From: Bacillota bacterium
Lineage (GTDB): Bacteria > Bacillota > Clostridia > Christensenellales > Aristaeellaceae
Direction of reading: 5' to 3'
DNA: 64,000 nucleotides
Assembly: GCA_023409955.1 (NCBI GenBank)
Contig: JAEYQQ010000131.1
Coordinates: 2,853-66,852, forward strand
The notes under the pieces are model-generated. The model saw only the letters and a list, made by a program, of their open reading frames with translations, had not been told where the DNA came from and did not search any database. Both the position numbers and the translations under genes were made by a program. This document shows positions 1 to 8,858 of the stretch, piece after piece (position 1 is the stretch's first letter; every line of letters begins with the position of its first letter).

Positions 1-122
1 AACAGCTTTTTCTATGTTATATTGACAGCTGATGGCGGAAATGTATTTGAACGGGATGTTTTTGGCATTTACTGCGTTTATTATATGGCTGCATATTTTC
101 ACTGTACAAAGGAGCTGGTTAA

Positions 123-1046
123 ATGATCAAGCGGCGTATTGCATTAACGCTGGCATGTTTGCTTTGTTTTTTAATGATTGGTGCTCACGCACAAGAGCTT
201 CCCAAACCCATTAGCCCCATTGCTTGGGAGGATCTGCCCAAGGTTGTGGAGGGACAGCACCATTATTTACTGATGTGTGTTGATCAATGGAATGGAAATA
301 CCAAGAAATTGGGCAATACCGACGGTTTGGTACTGGTGACAATGGATACACGGACCAAACGCCTGATGCTGACATCCTTCAGCAGGGAAATGTTGATCCT
401 GCGGCCTGACGGCGTAATCGGCCGAGTTAACTTTATTGCCAAAAACTATGGACCAGAGGAACTGTGCAAAATCATCAGCACCCATTTTGGTATCCGTATT
501 GAAAAATACATGCTGTTTGATATGAACCAGGTTGAGGATATCATTAATGCGCTGGGCGGCGTGGATATTACGGTCACCAATGAAGAGGCAGACTATTTGA
601 CCCGCTATGCAATACCCGATGATTCCACCGTACCTAGAATGAGGCGCGGGGGAACATACCGATTCAACGGCCATGCAGCCGTTATTTACATGCGCATTCG
701 CAAGGTGGGGGGAGGCGGCGACCTGATGCGCACCCAGCGTGTGCGGACGGTGTTATCCACACTGGCCAATTCGCACAAATCCATTACCTTCGACCAAGCC
801 ATTGATGTGATGGAGGCAGTGCTGGACAGTAATTTGCTGACCAATTTGAGTGCGGGAGAAATGCTGGAAGCGGTTCAATATGCCATGGAGCTGCGAGGAA
901 CCACCATGGAGGAACTGCAGCTCCCCTTTGAGGGCGCTTATTCGCCAATTAACTATGCGGGGATGTCCACCCGGGAGATTGATTTTGATGCCTGCCGTCA
1001 GGCGCTGTGGGACTTTTTGGAAAACAGTTTTCTTGTGATCGATTGA
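123..1046 (+). CDS. LytR-CpsA-Psr (LCP) family cell-envelope transferase
   Basis: 307-aa ORF, AAAGGAG 8 nt before ATG; N-terminal signal/anchor LTLACLLCFLMIGAHA; LCP-like blocks HYLLMCVDQ, NTDGLVLVTMDTRTKRLMLTSFSREM, IINALGGVDITV. Confidence 0.85.
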   Translation: MIKRRIALTLACLLCFLMIGAHAQELPKPISPIAWEDLPKVVEGQHHYLLMCVDQWNGNTKKLGNTDGLVLVTMDTRTKRLMLTSFSREMLILRPDGVIGRVNFIAKNYGPEELCKIISTHFGIRIEKYMLFDMNQVEDIINALGGVDITVTNEEADYLTRYAIPDDSTVPRMRRGGTYRFNGHAAVIYMRIRKVGGGGDLMRTQRVRTVLSTLANSHKSITFDQAIDVMEAVLDSNLLTNLSAGEMLEAVQYAMELRGTTMEELQLPFEGAYSPINYAGMSTREIDFDACRQALWDFLENSFLVID

Positions 1047-1064
1047 CTTGCGGGTTACCATTAT

Positions 1065-1105
1065 AAAAGGGCCGGTGCAGATTGGTTTGCTGCAAGGCCC
1101 TTTTT
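1065..1105. terminator. bidirectional intrinsic terminator between convergent genes
   Basis: AAAAGGGCC..TGCAG-loop-CTGCA..GGCCCTTTTT: A-tract, long hairpin, T-tract. Confidence 0.6.
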
Positions 1106-1109
1106 GCAT

Positions 1110-2195
1110 TCACATGCTGTATTGATTGCCGTATAGTTTCTCTTCTGCAAAGAGAAACAGTTTCTTTACCTTTGCGATGGTCTGCTCATCCAGCGCATCC
1201 CAGCAAAACCATGGCCACAGGGGGCATTTTAAGGTAACCCCGCCAGGATAGTTCAGCAGCAGCGCAAGCTTTTGGCGCTTTCTGCTTTTATCGGTCTGGG
1301 TGCAATAGCCGCAGTTGTCACAGGCCTTGGTACGCATATAGCACAGCTCACCCAAGGCATATTCCATTTGGTGATAAAAGCCAAGCAGTTTTCGAAAGGC
1401 GGGGACTTTGAACTCAAAGCACATTTGATTCCTGTCCCGCCAACGCAAAGAGATATAAAAGTAGCTGCGCTCCTTGTCTTTGTGTACCTTTTCCCAGCGG
1501 ACCTGGTTATGCCTTTCTTCATTGGTTAAGGAGTAGCCCATACCTTCAAAAAAGGACTCCAAATCAATAAGCCATGCACTGTCTGTGTATAGCTTGCCAA
1601 ACATCTGGGCAGCCCTGTATGGATGGTCAGGGGTGGTACCATACAGAAAGCGGGTCAGTATGGCAATGGCCTGTCCGCCGGGCGCTGAGGCGGCTTCGCT
1701 TCGATGTTTCCATGCAGGGAAAAGGTTTGGGAACTTTGAGCAGCGGATGATCATGCCCTGCGGAACAGATTCGTATGTCAGACCCAGCTGGTTATATTTA
1801 TCCAACAGTTTAGCTGTTACCATCCAGCTAGACTTGGCGATGAACAAATGATTATCCATGGGAAGACCTGCGATGCCCAATTTGTGCAGGGGGGCAAGCC
1901 AGTCAAAGAGCTTCTTCTCAGCTTTCATCATGGCATCCATCAATTCCGGATTGGTTTTATTCAGATGCCAGCGTTCCTCAAAGCATTGGTCAGGCAAAAA
2001 GGGAATACCGGTACATTCGGGGTTTTGATAGCAAATGGAGATGGCTTCATGAAGGAATTGATGCATTTGATGCTTCGACAATGAATCGTCATCGCCTGGG
2101 ATTTCCTCAAAGGCAGGATAGGATTTAAGATAGGCATGAATGATCCTGGCGCCAAGGGAAGGGTATGATTGACTCAAGAGAAGCTGCTTATGCAT
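1110..2195 (-). CDS. hypothetical protein with C-terminal CxxCxxC...CP cysteine motif
   Basis: Long ORF (track 1110..2231); ATG at 2195 has AGAGGA 7 nt upstream and is preferred over 2231; no family recognised; CDNCGYC ... KCP near C-terminus. Confidence 0.55.
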   Translation of the reverse strand: MHKQLLLSQSYPSLGARIIHAYLKSYPAFEEIPGDDDSLSKHQMHQFLHEAISICYQNPECTGIPFLPDQCFEERWHLNKTNPELMDAMMKAEKKLFDWLAPLHKLGIAGLPMDNHLFIAKSSWMVTAKLLDKYNQLGLTYESVPQGMIIRCSKFPNLFPAWKHRSEAASAPGGQAIAILTRFLYGTTPDHPYRAAQMFGKLYTDSAWLIDLESFFEGMGYSLTNEERHNQVRWEKVHKDKERSYFYISLRWRDRNQMCFEFKVPAFRKLLGFYHQMEYALGELCYMRTKACDNCGYCTQTDKSRKRQKLALLLNYPGGVTLKCPLWPWFCWDALDEQTIAKVKKLFLFAEEKLYGNQYSM

Positions 2196-2395
2196 AAGTA
2201 AATCCTCTTTACATATTCTGTGTTTATCCATTCATCTCTGCGACACAGTATAATGATTTGAATGCGTATATGCAATAGGAGATGAAAACGCTAAAGTGTA
2301 TGAAGTTTGGTATTGTTAACGGAAAGGCAACGGGAAAGACACTATGTGGTATAATGTCATTTATCCAGCTACATTTGATAAAGGAGGCAGGCAAT

Positions 2396-2887
2396 TTGAT
2401 TGAAACGAAGGAAACGTATCCTAAGCAGAAGACGCAAATGTATGACCTATTAAAAAGGCAGCTTTATGCGCTGATGGAAGGGGAAACCCATCCGCTGCCC
2501 CACTTGAGCAATATGGCTGCGCTACTAAACGGCGCGTTGCAGGATATCAATTGGGTGGGCTTTTATCTGATGACGCAGGGCGATTTATTGCTGGGGCCAT
2601 TCCAGGGAAAGCCGGCCTGCATCCGTATCCCAGTAGGCAAAGGGGTATGCGGCACAGCTGTTGCACAGAACAGGACGCAGCGGGTAGCGGATGTTCATCA
2701 GTTTCCTGGCCATATTGCCTGCGACAGTGCATCAAATTCGGAGATTGTAATTCCGATGCGTGCAAACGGAAGTGTTGTAGGCGTGCTGGATATAGACAGC
2801 CCCAGCTTCTCCCGCTTTGATGAGCAGGATCAGCAGGGGCTGGAGGAACTGGTTGAAATTCTATGCACAGGCTGCCTATGGAGCTAA
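2396..2887 (+). CDS. GAF domain protein, free methionine-(R)-sulfoxide reductase-like
   Basis: Track ORF 2282..2887; AGGAGG 2382-2387 then TTG 2396 (ATG 2438 is the alternative); blocks INWVGFYL, GPFQGKPACIRIPVGKGVCG, IACDSASNSEIVIP, GVLDIDS. Confidence 0.8.
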   Translation: MIETKETYPKQKTQMYDLLKRQLYALMEGETHPLPHLSNMAALLNGALQDINWVGFYLMTQGDLLLGPFQGKPACIRIPVGKGVCGTAVAQNRTQRVADVHQFPGHIACDSASNSEIVIPMRANGSVVGVLDIDSPSFSRFDEQDQQGLEELVEILCTGCLWS

Positions 2888-2890
2888 AGC

Positions 2891-3886
2891 TCAATTAGGA
2901 AGGCTGCGGCTTTTTTGTGCCTTGAACACTCCGGACACGATCTCGATGGCTGTGCCAATCAGAGAGAGGATGCAGAAGGCTGTGATGCCATTTTGCCAGT
3001 AGCTGTTCATGGCTTGTAATTCAATGTCAAAAGCGTTGGCAGCGCGCTGGATGAATGCCGGGTTAAACGTATTGGCACCTGTTAAGAAAAGAATGGAGGC
3101 GGCTGTCCACAAAATGCTGTTGATGCCGGATAAAAGAGCGATTGGGTAATTCCAACGGGCATAGTAGAATTTTACCGCTGCCACCGCCCAGGAGATAATG
3201 GTCAGCCCAGCAAGATAGGGGATATACCGGTTTACTGCCAGGCTGTTAAAGAGCGGCAGGCTGATGCTATTCAAGCCATACTCATGCCAGCCGATCAAAG
3301 ACTGATAGCGTACCATGATCACCAGAAATACCGCTGAGAATACCATACCGATGACGGTTTCTGCTCTGGAGATTTTGATATGATTCTTGGATGGCAGATT
3401 CGGCAGATCTTTTATCGACCATGCATGGCTTCCTTTGGCAGTTTGGAAGTATTCCGCCAGTCCAAAGCTCAGTGTTACCCATAAAAAACCATTGGTGATG
3501 GCGGAAAACAGTGCGCTCAGTATCCCCGTGAAAGCGCTTGTAAGCCCCTGGCCAAAGGTTCCGCCTGCCGGAGCGTCCACCAAGGTGCCAAAAACGCTTA
3601 GAACAGAGAAGATGACTGCCAGCAGTGAGATGACTAGCTTTAAAATAGTCAGGTAATCGTCAAAGAGCGACGGAGAGATCAGATACCGGGGCTTTACCCT
3701 GTATTGCTCCGCCAGCTTTCCCGGATCGCCCAGGGAGTTCAGCACACGTTCCACATCAGATGCCGTAGGGCTTTCTGGCAGCATATCGCTGATGTTTGCT
3801 TTTAGTTCACGTTCCACATCCGTACGGTTTTGCTCCGGCAGCCTGCGGATGACATCATAGACATAACGGTCAATCAAGAGATTCAT
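2891..3886 (-). CDS. membrane protein with N-terminal HAAS/DUF1700-like domain (PadR partner)
   Basis: 331 aa; start overlaps PadR stop by 17 nt; N-terminus MNLLIDRYVYDVIRRLPE..DVERELKANI typical of PadR-associated membrane proteins; several TM segments. Confidence 0.7.
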   Translation of the reverse strand: MNLLIDRYVYDVIRRLPEQNRTDVERELKANISDMLPESPTASDVERVLNSLGDPGKLAEQYRVKPRYLISPSLFDDYLTILKLVISLLAVIFSVLSVFGTLVDAPAGGTFGQGLTSAFTGILSALFSAITNGFLWVTLSFGLAEYFQTAKGSHAWSIKDLPNLPSKNHIKISRAETVIGMVFSAVFLVIMVRYQSLIGWHEYGLNSISLPLFNSLAVNRYIPYLAGLTIISWAVAAVKFYYARWNYPIALLSGINSILWTAASILFLTGANTFNPAFIQRAANAFDIELQAMNSYWQNGITAFCILSLIGTAIEIVSGVFKAQKSRSLPN

Positions 3887-4229
3887 ACTCGTCCTCCTTC
3901 AAAAGGCCTTCCATTTCTTCGCATATGCGCCGCCATTCGTTTTTTAGGGTTTCATACATTTCAAGCCCTTGCCTGCTAAGCAGATAGTATTTGCGCGGCC
4001 GGCTTTCTGCTGTGTCCCATTTGCTTTCCAATAGCCCTTGGGCCTCCATTCGTCGAAGCAGTGGGTACAGTGTGCCAGGTTCAACGTTTGTTCGCTTTTT
4101 CTCCAACTGCTGTAAAAGGGAATATCCATAGCATGGCTGCTTTAGCTGACTGAGTACTGCCAGGGTCAACGTGCCCCGGCGCATTTCCAAAAGAATGTTA
4201 CTTAGCAACGCCGTATCATCCAAGTTCAT
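3870..4229 (-). CDS. PadR family transcriptional regulator
   Basis: ATG 4229 with GAGGTG RBS (track ORF runs on to 4415 through an implausible N-terminus); winged-helix block CYGYSLLQQL...GTLYPLLRRMEAQGLLES. Confidence 0.85.
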   Translation of the reverse strand: MNLDDTALLSNILLEMRRGTLTLAVLSQLKQPCYGYSLLQQLEKKRTNVEPGTLYPLLRRMEAQGLLESKWDTAESRPRKYYLLSRQGLEMYETLKNEWRRICEEMEGLLKEDEYESLD

Positions 4230-4443
4230 CACCTCAGATTCATTATAATGTGCGACGCACACTATTGTCAACAATAAAATATAAAGAAAAAGCCAATATA
4301 ATAGAAGTTCGAATACGGCAGGCTTTGCGTATAGAAAATGGTGTTTATACGGCATGTGCAGCATAAACACCACTTCTGTATCAATTATCACCCGTATAGA
4401 GTGATATATCACCACTTGGTTAAGGTTTTATGATGTATTTTAA

Positions 4444-4830
4444 TTATAAGTACACCACATGCGTTTGGGTATTGGGGAGACGGGAGTTCAGTATCCCTGC
4501 GATATCCCTGCGGGTATTGCCTTCTGGTTTTCCTGATCCCAGGATGATATGTGCGGCATTTTGCTCCATGGCATATTGAATCAGGCGTTCTACAGGGTCG
4601 GGTGCTCTCAGTACGGCCATTTCTGCGCCGGCTTCACAGGAGAGGCCGTACAAATAATTCAAAGCATCGCTCTGGGTGGAGCCGCCCAGCAAAAGTGCAC
4701 CGGCAGGTGCAACATGGACTACCAGAAGCGGAGCGCAAAGTTCTTTGGCAAGGTCAACCCCTTTTTGAATGAGTCTGTCGCATGTTTTTTGGCCAGTCAC
4801 GCAGACCAGCACAGGGCGTTCTTCATACAC
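4444..4830 (-). CDS. universal stress protein-like (KdpD-type Usp domain) protein
   Basis: 128 aa, GTG start with AAGGAG 9 nt upstream; VLVCVTGQKTCDRLI...LLVVHV...HIILGSG pattern. Confidence 0.6.
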   Translation of the reverse strand: MYEERPVLVCVTGQKTCDRLIQKGVDLAKELCAPLLVVHVAPAGALLLGGSTQSDALNYLYGLSCEAGAEMAVLRAPDPVERLIQYAMEQNAAHIILGSGKPEGNTRRDIAGILNSRLPNTQTHVVYL

Positions 4831-4869
4831 GGAGATAGTCTCCTTTTCGCTGATAGAGCAGGTTGTGAC

Positions 4870-5343
4870 TTAATTGGCTTTGCGGAAGTCAGCTACTGCT
4901 TTATCATGAGATATGACTGTGATTCTGTCACCTGGTACAAAAGGCGGTGTCCCCTTTTGCACATCGTAATAAAAGAGGCGGTCATCGGCATCGTCGTCTT
5001 TATCGCCAACATTGATGCTCATGGGGTAGTATTCCACACCTTCACGAATGCAGGATTGCTCTGCGATCTCCCTCACGCGGCCGGTGGTTTCTCTGGTACG
5101 CCCTTGCAGCACATTTTTCAAATGACGGCCGTAGCTGACAACCGGGCTGATGAACATGCTATAACAAAAAATTGCCAGAGAACCGCCTAAGATGGTCAGC
5201 AAGATGGTCAGCCATTGCAGCCTGATGGAAGGGAGCAGCGATATGACAATGCCCGCCAAGAAGAATACCAAGGGGATTGATAATGCAAGAACCCGCCGTT
5301 TAAGCTGTTGGTGATTTTCTTCCCAGTTGCTTTGCTGATACAT
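4870..5343 (-). CDS. hypothetical membrane protein (2 TM plus soluble C-terminal domain)
   Basis: 157 aa, GGAGGA 7 nt before ATG; two hydrophobic helices; no family recognised. Confidence 0.6.
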   Translation of the reverse strand: MYQQSNWEENHQQLKRRVLALSIPLVFFLAGIVISLLPSIRLQWLTILLTILGGSLAIFCYSMFISPVVSYGRHLKNVLQGRTRETTGRVREIAEQSCIREGVEYYPMSINVGDKDDDADDRLFYYDVQKGTPPFVPGDRITVISHDKAVADFRKAN

Positions 5344-5515
5344 TGTTATTTCCTCCGTATGCTATGCTGAAAGACAGAGCATCATGCGCCCACCTATTAT
5401 TTATACGTCAAAACCATCTCCTTGTAAAGGGTTAATGTACAGCATGTCGGCAGACAAACATCATTTATGCAGAAAGCAGGTTCACCCATTCATGTGGAGG
5501 ATGGCAGCCAGGCAT

Positions 5516-5544
5516 AAAAAACCCCCCGCTTTTGAAGGCGGGGG
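5516..5544 (-). terminator. intrinsic terminator after oadG-like gene
   Basis: minus strand CCCCCGC-cttcaaaa-GCGGGGG followed by TTTTTT. Confidence 0.7.
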
Positions 5545-5583
5545 ATAACTTGTGCTTGGATGCAATTAGGTGATGGCTAAAGC

Positions 5584-5784
5584 CTATTCCTTGATACGCT
5601 GCATGATTTTGATCACGACGAAGAAAATGCACAAAACCAAGAAAACGCCGGCAAGGCCCAGTACAGTGGTAGTCAACCCCTTGCCCAGCAGCGAATCGGC
5701 AAAAGCAGGTGCGGCAGATGCGGCAGGAGCAATAGCGCTTTCAGCCGCGGCGGATGCAAACAGCCATTTGAACATGATCGTCAA
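5584..5784 (-). CDS. OadG-family small subunit-like membrane protein
   Basis: 66 aa, GAAGG 6 nt before ATG; C-terminal TM LTTTVLGLAGVFLVLCIFFVVIKIM resembles OAD_gamma; Ala-rich N-terminus ending AFA-D looks signal-peptide-like. Confidence 0.6.
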   Translation of the reverse strand: MTIMFKWLFASAAAESAIAPAASAAPAFADSLLGKGLTTTVLGLAGVFLVLCIFFVVIKIMQRIKE

Positions 5785-5809
5785 ACCTTCTTTCTTGCGG
5801 CCTTGCAGA

Positions 5810-6997
5810 TTATTTCAAGAGCATGGAGACCAGGGTGATGACCATGCCGCCGGCAACAACTGAGCCTAGCTGGCCGGATACATTGGCGCTGATGGCCTGC
5901 ATGAGGATAAAGTTGTAAGGATCGTCTTCCTTGGCCAATTTTTGAATAACCCTGGCGCTCATGGGGAAGGCGGAGATGCCGGCAGCGCCGATCATGGGAT
6001 TGACCTTGTTTTTGCGGAACAGGTTGAGGAACTTGGCAAAGAGAACGCCGCCGGCGGTGTCAAAGACAAAGGCGAACAGACCCAGCGCCATGATGAGCAG
6101 CGTGTTCCACTGCAGGAAGTCGTTGGCTACCATGGTAGAACCAATGGTCAGGCCCAGCAGAATGGTTACCAGATTGGCCAATTCGTTCTGGGCGGTTTTG
6201 CTCAACCGCTCCAGCACGCCGCAAACGCGAATGAGGTTACCAAACATCAGCGAGCCAATCAGCGGTGCACTCATGGGAACCAAAATGCCGGAAACCAAGG
6301 TAACAATAATGGGGAAGAGGATCAAAGCCAGCGAAGAGGCCTTCTCTTCCTTGTATTCCATGCGGATGGTGCGCTCCTTCTTGGTGGTGAGCGCCTTGAT
6401 AACCGGGGGCTGAATGATGGGAACCAAGGACATATAGCTGTAGGCGGCCACAGAGATGGGAGCAATGTATTTAGCTAATTGAAAATGGTTGGCTACATAC
6501 AGTGTGGTAGGACCGTCTGCAGCGCCTATGATGCCGATAGCAGAGGCCAGCTTCATAATCATTTCAGGGGTTTCATTGGGGACAACGATGGGCAGCAGCA
6601 GCAAAGAGAGAAGGAAGGTGGCAAAGATGCCGAACTGTGCTGCAGCGCCGAAGAAGATCATGGAAGGATCCTTCAGCAGGGGGGTGAAATCTACCATTGC
6701 GCCGATGGCGATAAAAATCAGCAATGGGAAGAGTTCATTTTTGATGCCGGCGTTGAATAACACAGTAAGGAATCCATCCGGGCCCAGCACGGCAGGCAGT
6801 GCGGTTTCCATTACCGGAGGCAGATTGGCCAGGATGGCACCGAAGCCAATTGGCAGCAAAAGGGCTGGTTCATAATCCTTTTTGATTGCCAGATAAATCA
6901 ATACGCCGGAAATGAGAAACATGACCAGCGTTCTCCAACCATCTGCCGTAAACAGGTAGATGACACCGGAAAATAACTCCCGTAGAAGATCTCCCAT
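5810..6997 (-). CDS. sodium ion-translocating decarboxylase subunit beta (OadB/GcdB/MmdB family)
   Basis: ATG 6997 with GGGAGG RBS and consensus promoter just upstream (track ORF to 7159 is an over-extension); polytopic; blocks GFGAILANLP, GAMVDF, GAADGPT, ISAFPMSARV. Confidence 0.85.
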   Translation of the reverse strand: MGDLLRELFSGVIYLFTADGWRTLVMFLISGVLIYLAIKKDYEPALLLPIGFGAILANLPPVMETALPAVLGPDGFLTVLFNAGIKNELFPLLIFIAIGAMVDFTPLLKDPSMIFFGAAAQFGIFATFLLSLLLLPIVVPNETPEMIMKLASAIGIIGAADGPTTLYVANHFQLAKYIAPISVAAYSYMSLVPIIQPPVIKALTTKKERTIRMEYKEEKASSLALILFPIIVTLVSGILVPMSAPLIGSLMFGNLIRVCGVLERLSKTAQNELANLVTILLGLTIGSTMVANDFLQWNTLLIMALGLFAFVFDTAGGVLFAKFLNLFRKNKVNPMIGAAGISAFPMSARVIQKLAKEDDPYNFILMQAISANVSGQLGSVVAGGMVITLVSMLLK

Positions 6998-7040
6998 AAG
7001 TGGTCCTCCCTTATAGCATTGACGTGCAAAAAGCTGCATT

Positions 7041-7069
7041 ATTATAGCATATGGAAGCAAAACTGTCAA
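7041..7069 (-). promoter_or_regulatory. sigma-70-type promoter for oadB operon
   Basis: minus strand TTGACA (7069..7064), 17 nt, TATAAT (7046..7041): perfect consensus. Confidence 0.6.
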
Positions 7070-7120
7070 ACGAGCCGGGATGGGCATGGAGTTGAGCGAA
7101 GAGCCTTCCGAAATGAACAA

Positions 7121-7149
7121 TTGCATTTGCGACGGATGTATGTTATAAT
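7121..7149 (+). promoter_or_regulatory. sigma-70-type promoter for CNNM/CorC leader
   Basis: TTGCAT (7121), 17 nt, TATAAT (7144) preceded by TGT (extended -10). Confidence 0.55.
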
Positions 7150-7239
7150 CATTCATCATTTGGGCATAGAGGTGTAAAACTTGGACGAACCTCCCAGTCC
7201 GGAAGGACGAACGTTTCTTTCAATCATTAGGGATACAAA

Positions 7240-7286
7240 GCGCAGTTGGACAAAACGCAGGCGTTGTTTTGTTGATGCGCTTTTTT
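7240..7286 (+). terminator. intrinsic terminator inside 5' leader (attenuator)
   Basis: GCGCA/TGCGC plus ACAAAAC/GTTTTGT helices with internal loop, then TTTTTT; lies between the promoter and the ATG at 7342. Confidence 0.6.
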
Positions 7287-7341
7287 CATGCACAAAAGAA
7301 ATACAACCAACTTTTGTTGATAAGAGAAAGGGATTGAATTC

Positions 7342-8625
7342 ATGGATCTGAGCGCTTTCCTGCTGGTGGCAGCCATTGTGCTGTGTACTTTGCTGTCTGC
7401 GTTTTTTACTGCTGCGCAAACTTCCTTGGAGGAAATGAACCGTTCCCGTTTGAAAAGCCTTGCCTTTGGGGGGAACATGCAGGCGGAAAAGGCCTATGCC
7501 ATTGTTGAAAATCATGAGAAGCTGCAGCCCATCATCCTGCTTGGAGGAAGGCTTACCTATATTCTGGCTATTTCCATCAGCGGTATGCTGCTGGATGGCG
7601 GTGTGTCAGGCGGTTCCTTTCTGCTGGCAATGGCTCTTGCAGCGGTGGCCATCAGCCTATTCAATGAAGCTGTTCCCAGGGCACTTGTCAAGGGCAGTCC
7701 GGAGGATTTCCTGATGAAGATGGCAGGGCCACTGAAACTTGCGGTGAAAGTGCTGGCCCCCCTGGGCTTGCTGCATCGCATTTGGCTGCTGATGGCAGGC
7801 AGGATTGGCAAACCGGCAGAGGAGCCTTTGATGATTGAGGATGAGCTGATTACCATGGTGGATGAAGCTCAAAGCGATGGTGATATGGATGAGCATGAGG
7901 GTGAACTGATACGCTCTGCCATTGAGTTTACCGATCAGGACGCAAGGGATATACTGACGCCCAGGGTTGATGTGGTCGGCCTGGATGTGGAAAGCAGCAT
8001 CGGTGAGGTTACAAAGGCCTTCCTGGAGCACGGCTATTCACGGCTACCGGTGTATAAAGAAACCATGGACAACATTGTTGGTATTCTGCATGAAAAGGAT
8101 TTTTATGCTGCCACCCATGAAGGGAAAGACCGGGTGGAAGAGATGATGAAGCCGGCTCTGTTTGCGCCAGCTACACTGAAAATCACCAAGCTTTTACAGC
8201 TTTTGCAAAACAGTAAAAACCATATGGCTGTGATACTGGATGAGTTTGGCGGAACCGAAGGTATTGTGACCTTGGAGGATGTGCTGGAAGAGCTGGTTGG
8301 CGAAATTTATGATGAGCACGATGATGTGGCTGAATTTATTCAGCAGCAGGAGGACGGAAGCCTGCTGGTGGATGGCAGCGCCGACTTAAAGGAGTTGCTG
8401 GAGCTGCTGCATGTGGAAAAGGAATATGAGGCGGATACCGTTGGCGGCTGGGTGGCCGAAGAGATGGGCCAGATTCCCAAGGTGGGTGAGGGCTTTGAAA
8501 TTACCGGCATACGGGTTCAGGCCACAAGGGTATGGAAGCGCAGGGTGACACAGGTTCGCATTGTATTGCCGGAGAATCCGCAAGATCAGCCCTCAACTTT
8601 GTTGGGCTATGAAAGAAATAATTGA
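7342..8625 (+). CDS. CNNM/CorC-HlyC family protein (DUF21 TM domain, CBS pair, CorC_HlyC domain)
   Basis: 427 aa; N-terminal TM region, PRVDVVGLD...GYSRLPVY...VGILHEKD...AVILDEFGGTEGIVTLEDVLEELVGEI, C-terminal transporter-associated domain. Confidence 0.85.
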   Translation: MDLSAFLLVAAIVLCTLLSAFFTAAQTSLEEMNRSRLKSLAFGGNMQAEKAYAIVENHEKLQPIILLGGRLTYILAISISGMLLDGGVSGGSFLLAMALAAVAISLFNEAVPRALVKGSPEDFLMKMAGPLKLAVKVLAPLGLLHRIWLLMAGRIGKPAEEPLMIEDELITMVDEAQSDGDMDEHEGELIRSAIEFTDQDARDILTPRVDVVGLDVESSIGEVTKAFLEHGYSRLPVYKETMDNIVGILHEKDFYAATHEGKDRVEEMMKPALFAPATLKITKLLQLLQNSKNHMAVILDEFGGTEGIVTLEDVLEELVGEIYDEHDDVAEFIQQQEDGSLLVDGSADLKELLELLHVEKEYEADTVGGWVAEEMGQIPKVGEGFEITGIRVQATRVWKRRVTQVRIVLPENPQDQPSTLLGYERNN

Positions 8626-8647
8626 CAGTTGGTCCATAGGCTTGTTC

Positions 8648-8676
8648 TTGTGACGAGGCAAAAAAAGTGCTATAAT
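8648..8676 (+). promoter_or_regulatory. sigma-70-type promoter
   Basis: TTGTGA, 17 nt, TGcTATAAT (extended -10). Confidence 0.5.
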
Positions 8677-8858
8677 GTAGCGGGATTTTATCACCAATGA
8701 TGCTGTACTTACACAGGCTTATCTTTGCATTTTGAATAGCAAATTCGTAAGTCTGATGAGTGGTGGGTGAAGGCTCATAAGCAGGTTTTATAATGGTTTT
8801 TCAAAGGGATATTTATTGTTTATATAGTATTTCATATATATGTGAAAGGAGCCAATAT

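Noticed and set aside
7183-7212. The duplicated GGACGAAC read as the two ACGR-loop hairpins of a guanidine-II (mini-ykkC) riboswitch.
   Set aside because: The flanks give at most 2-4 bp stems, the loops are not closed by the conserved C-G pairs, and the downstream gene is not a guanidine exporter.
8753-8760. A CUGAUGAG hammerhead-core match in the leader of the DUF4352-like gene.
   Set aside because: There is no matching GAAA box, no three-stem arrangement and no cleavage-site context. This is a chance octamer.
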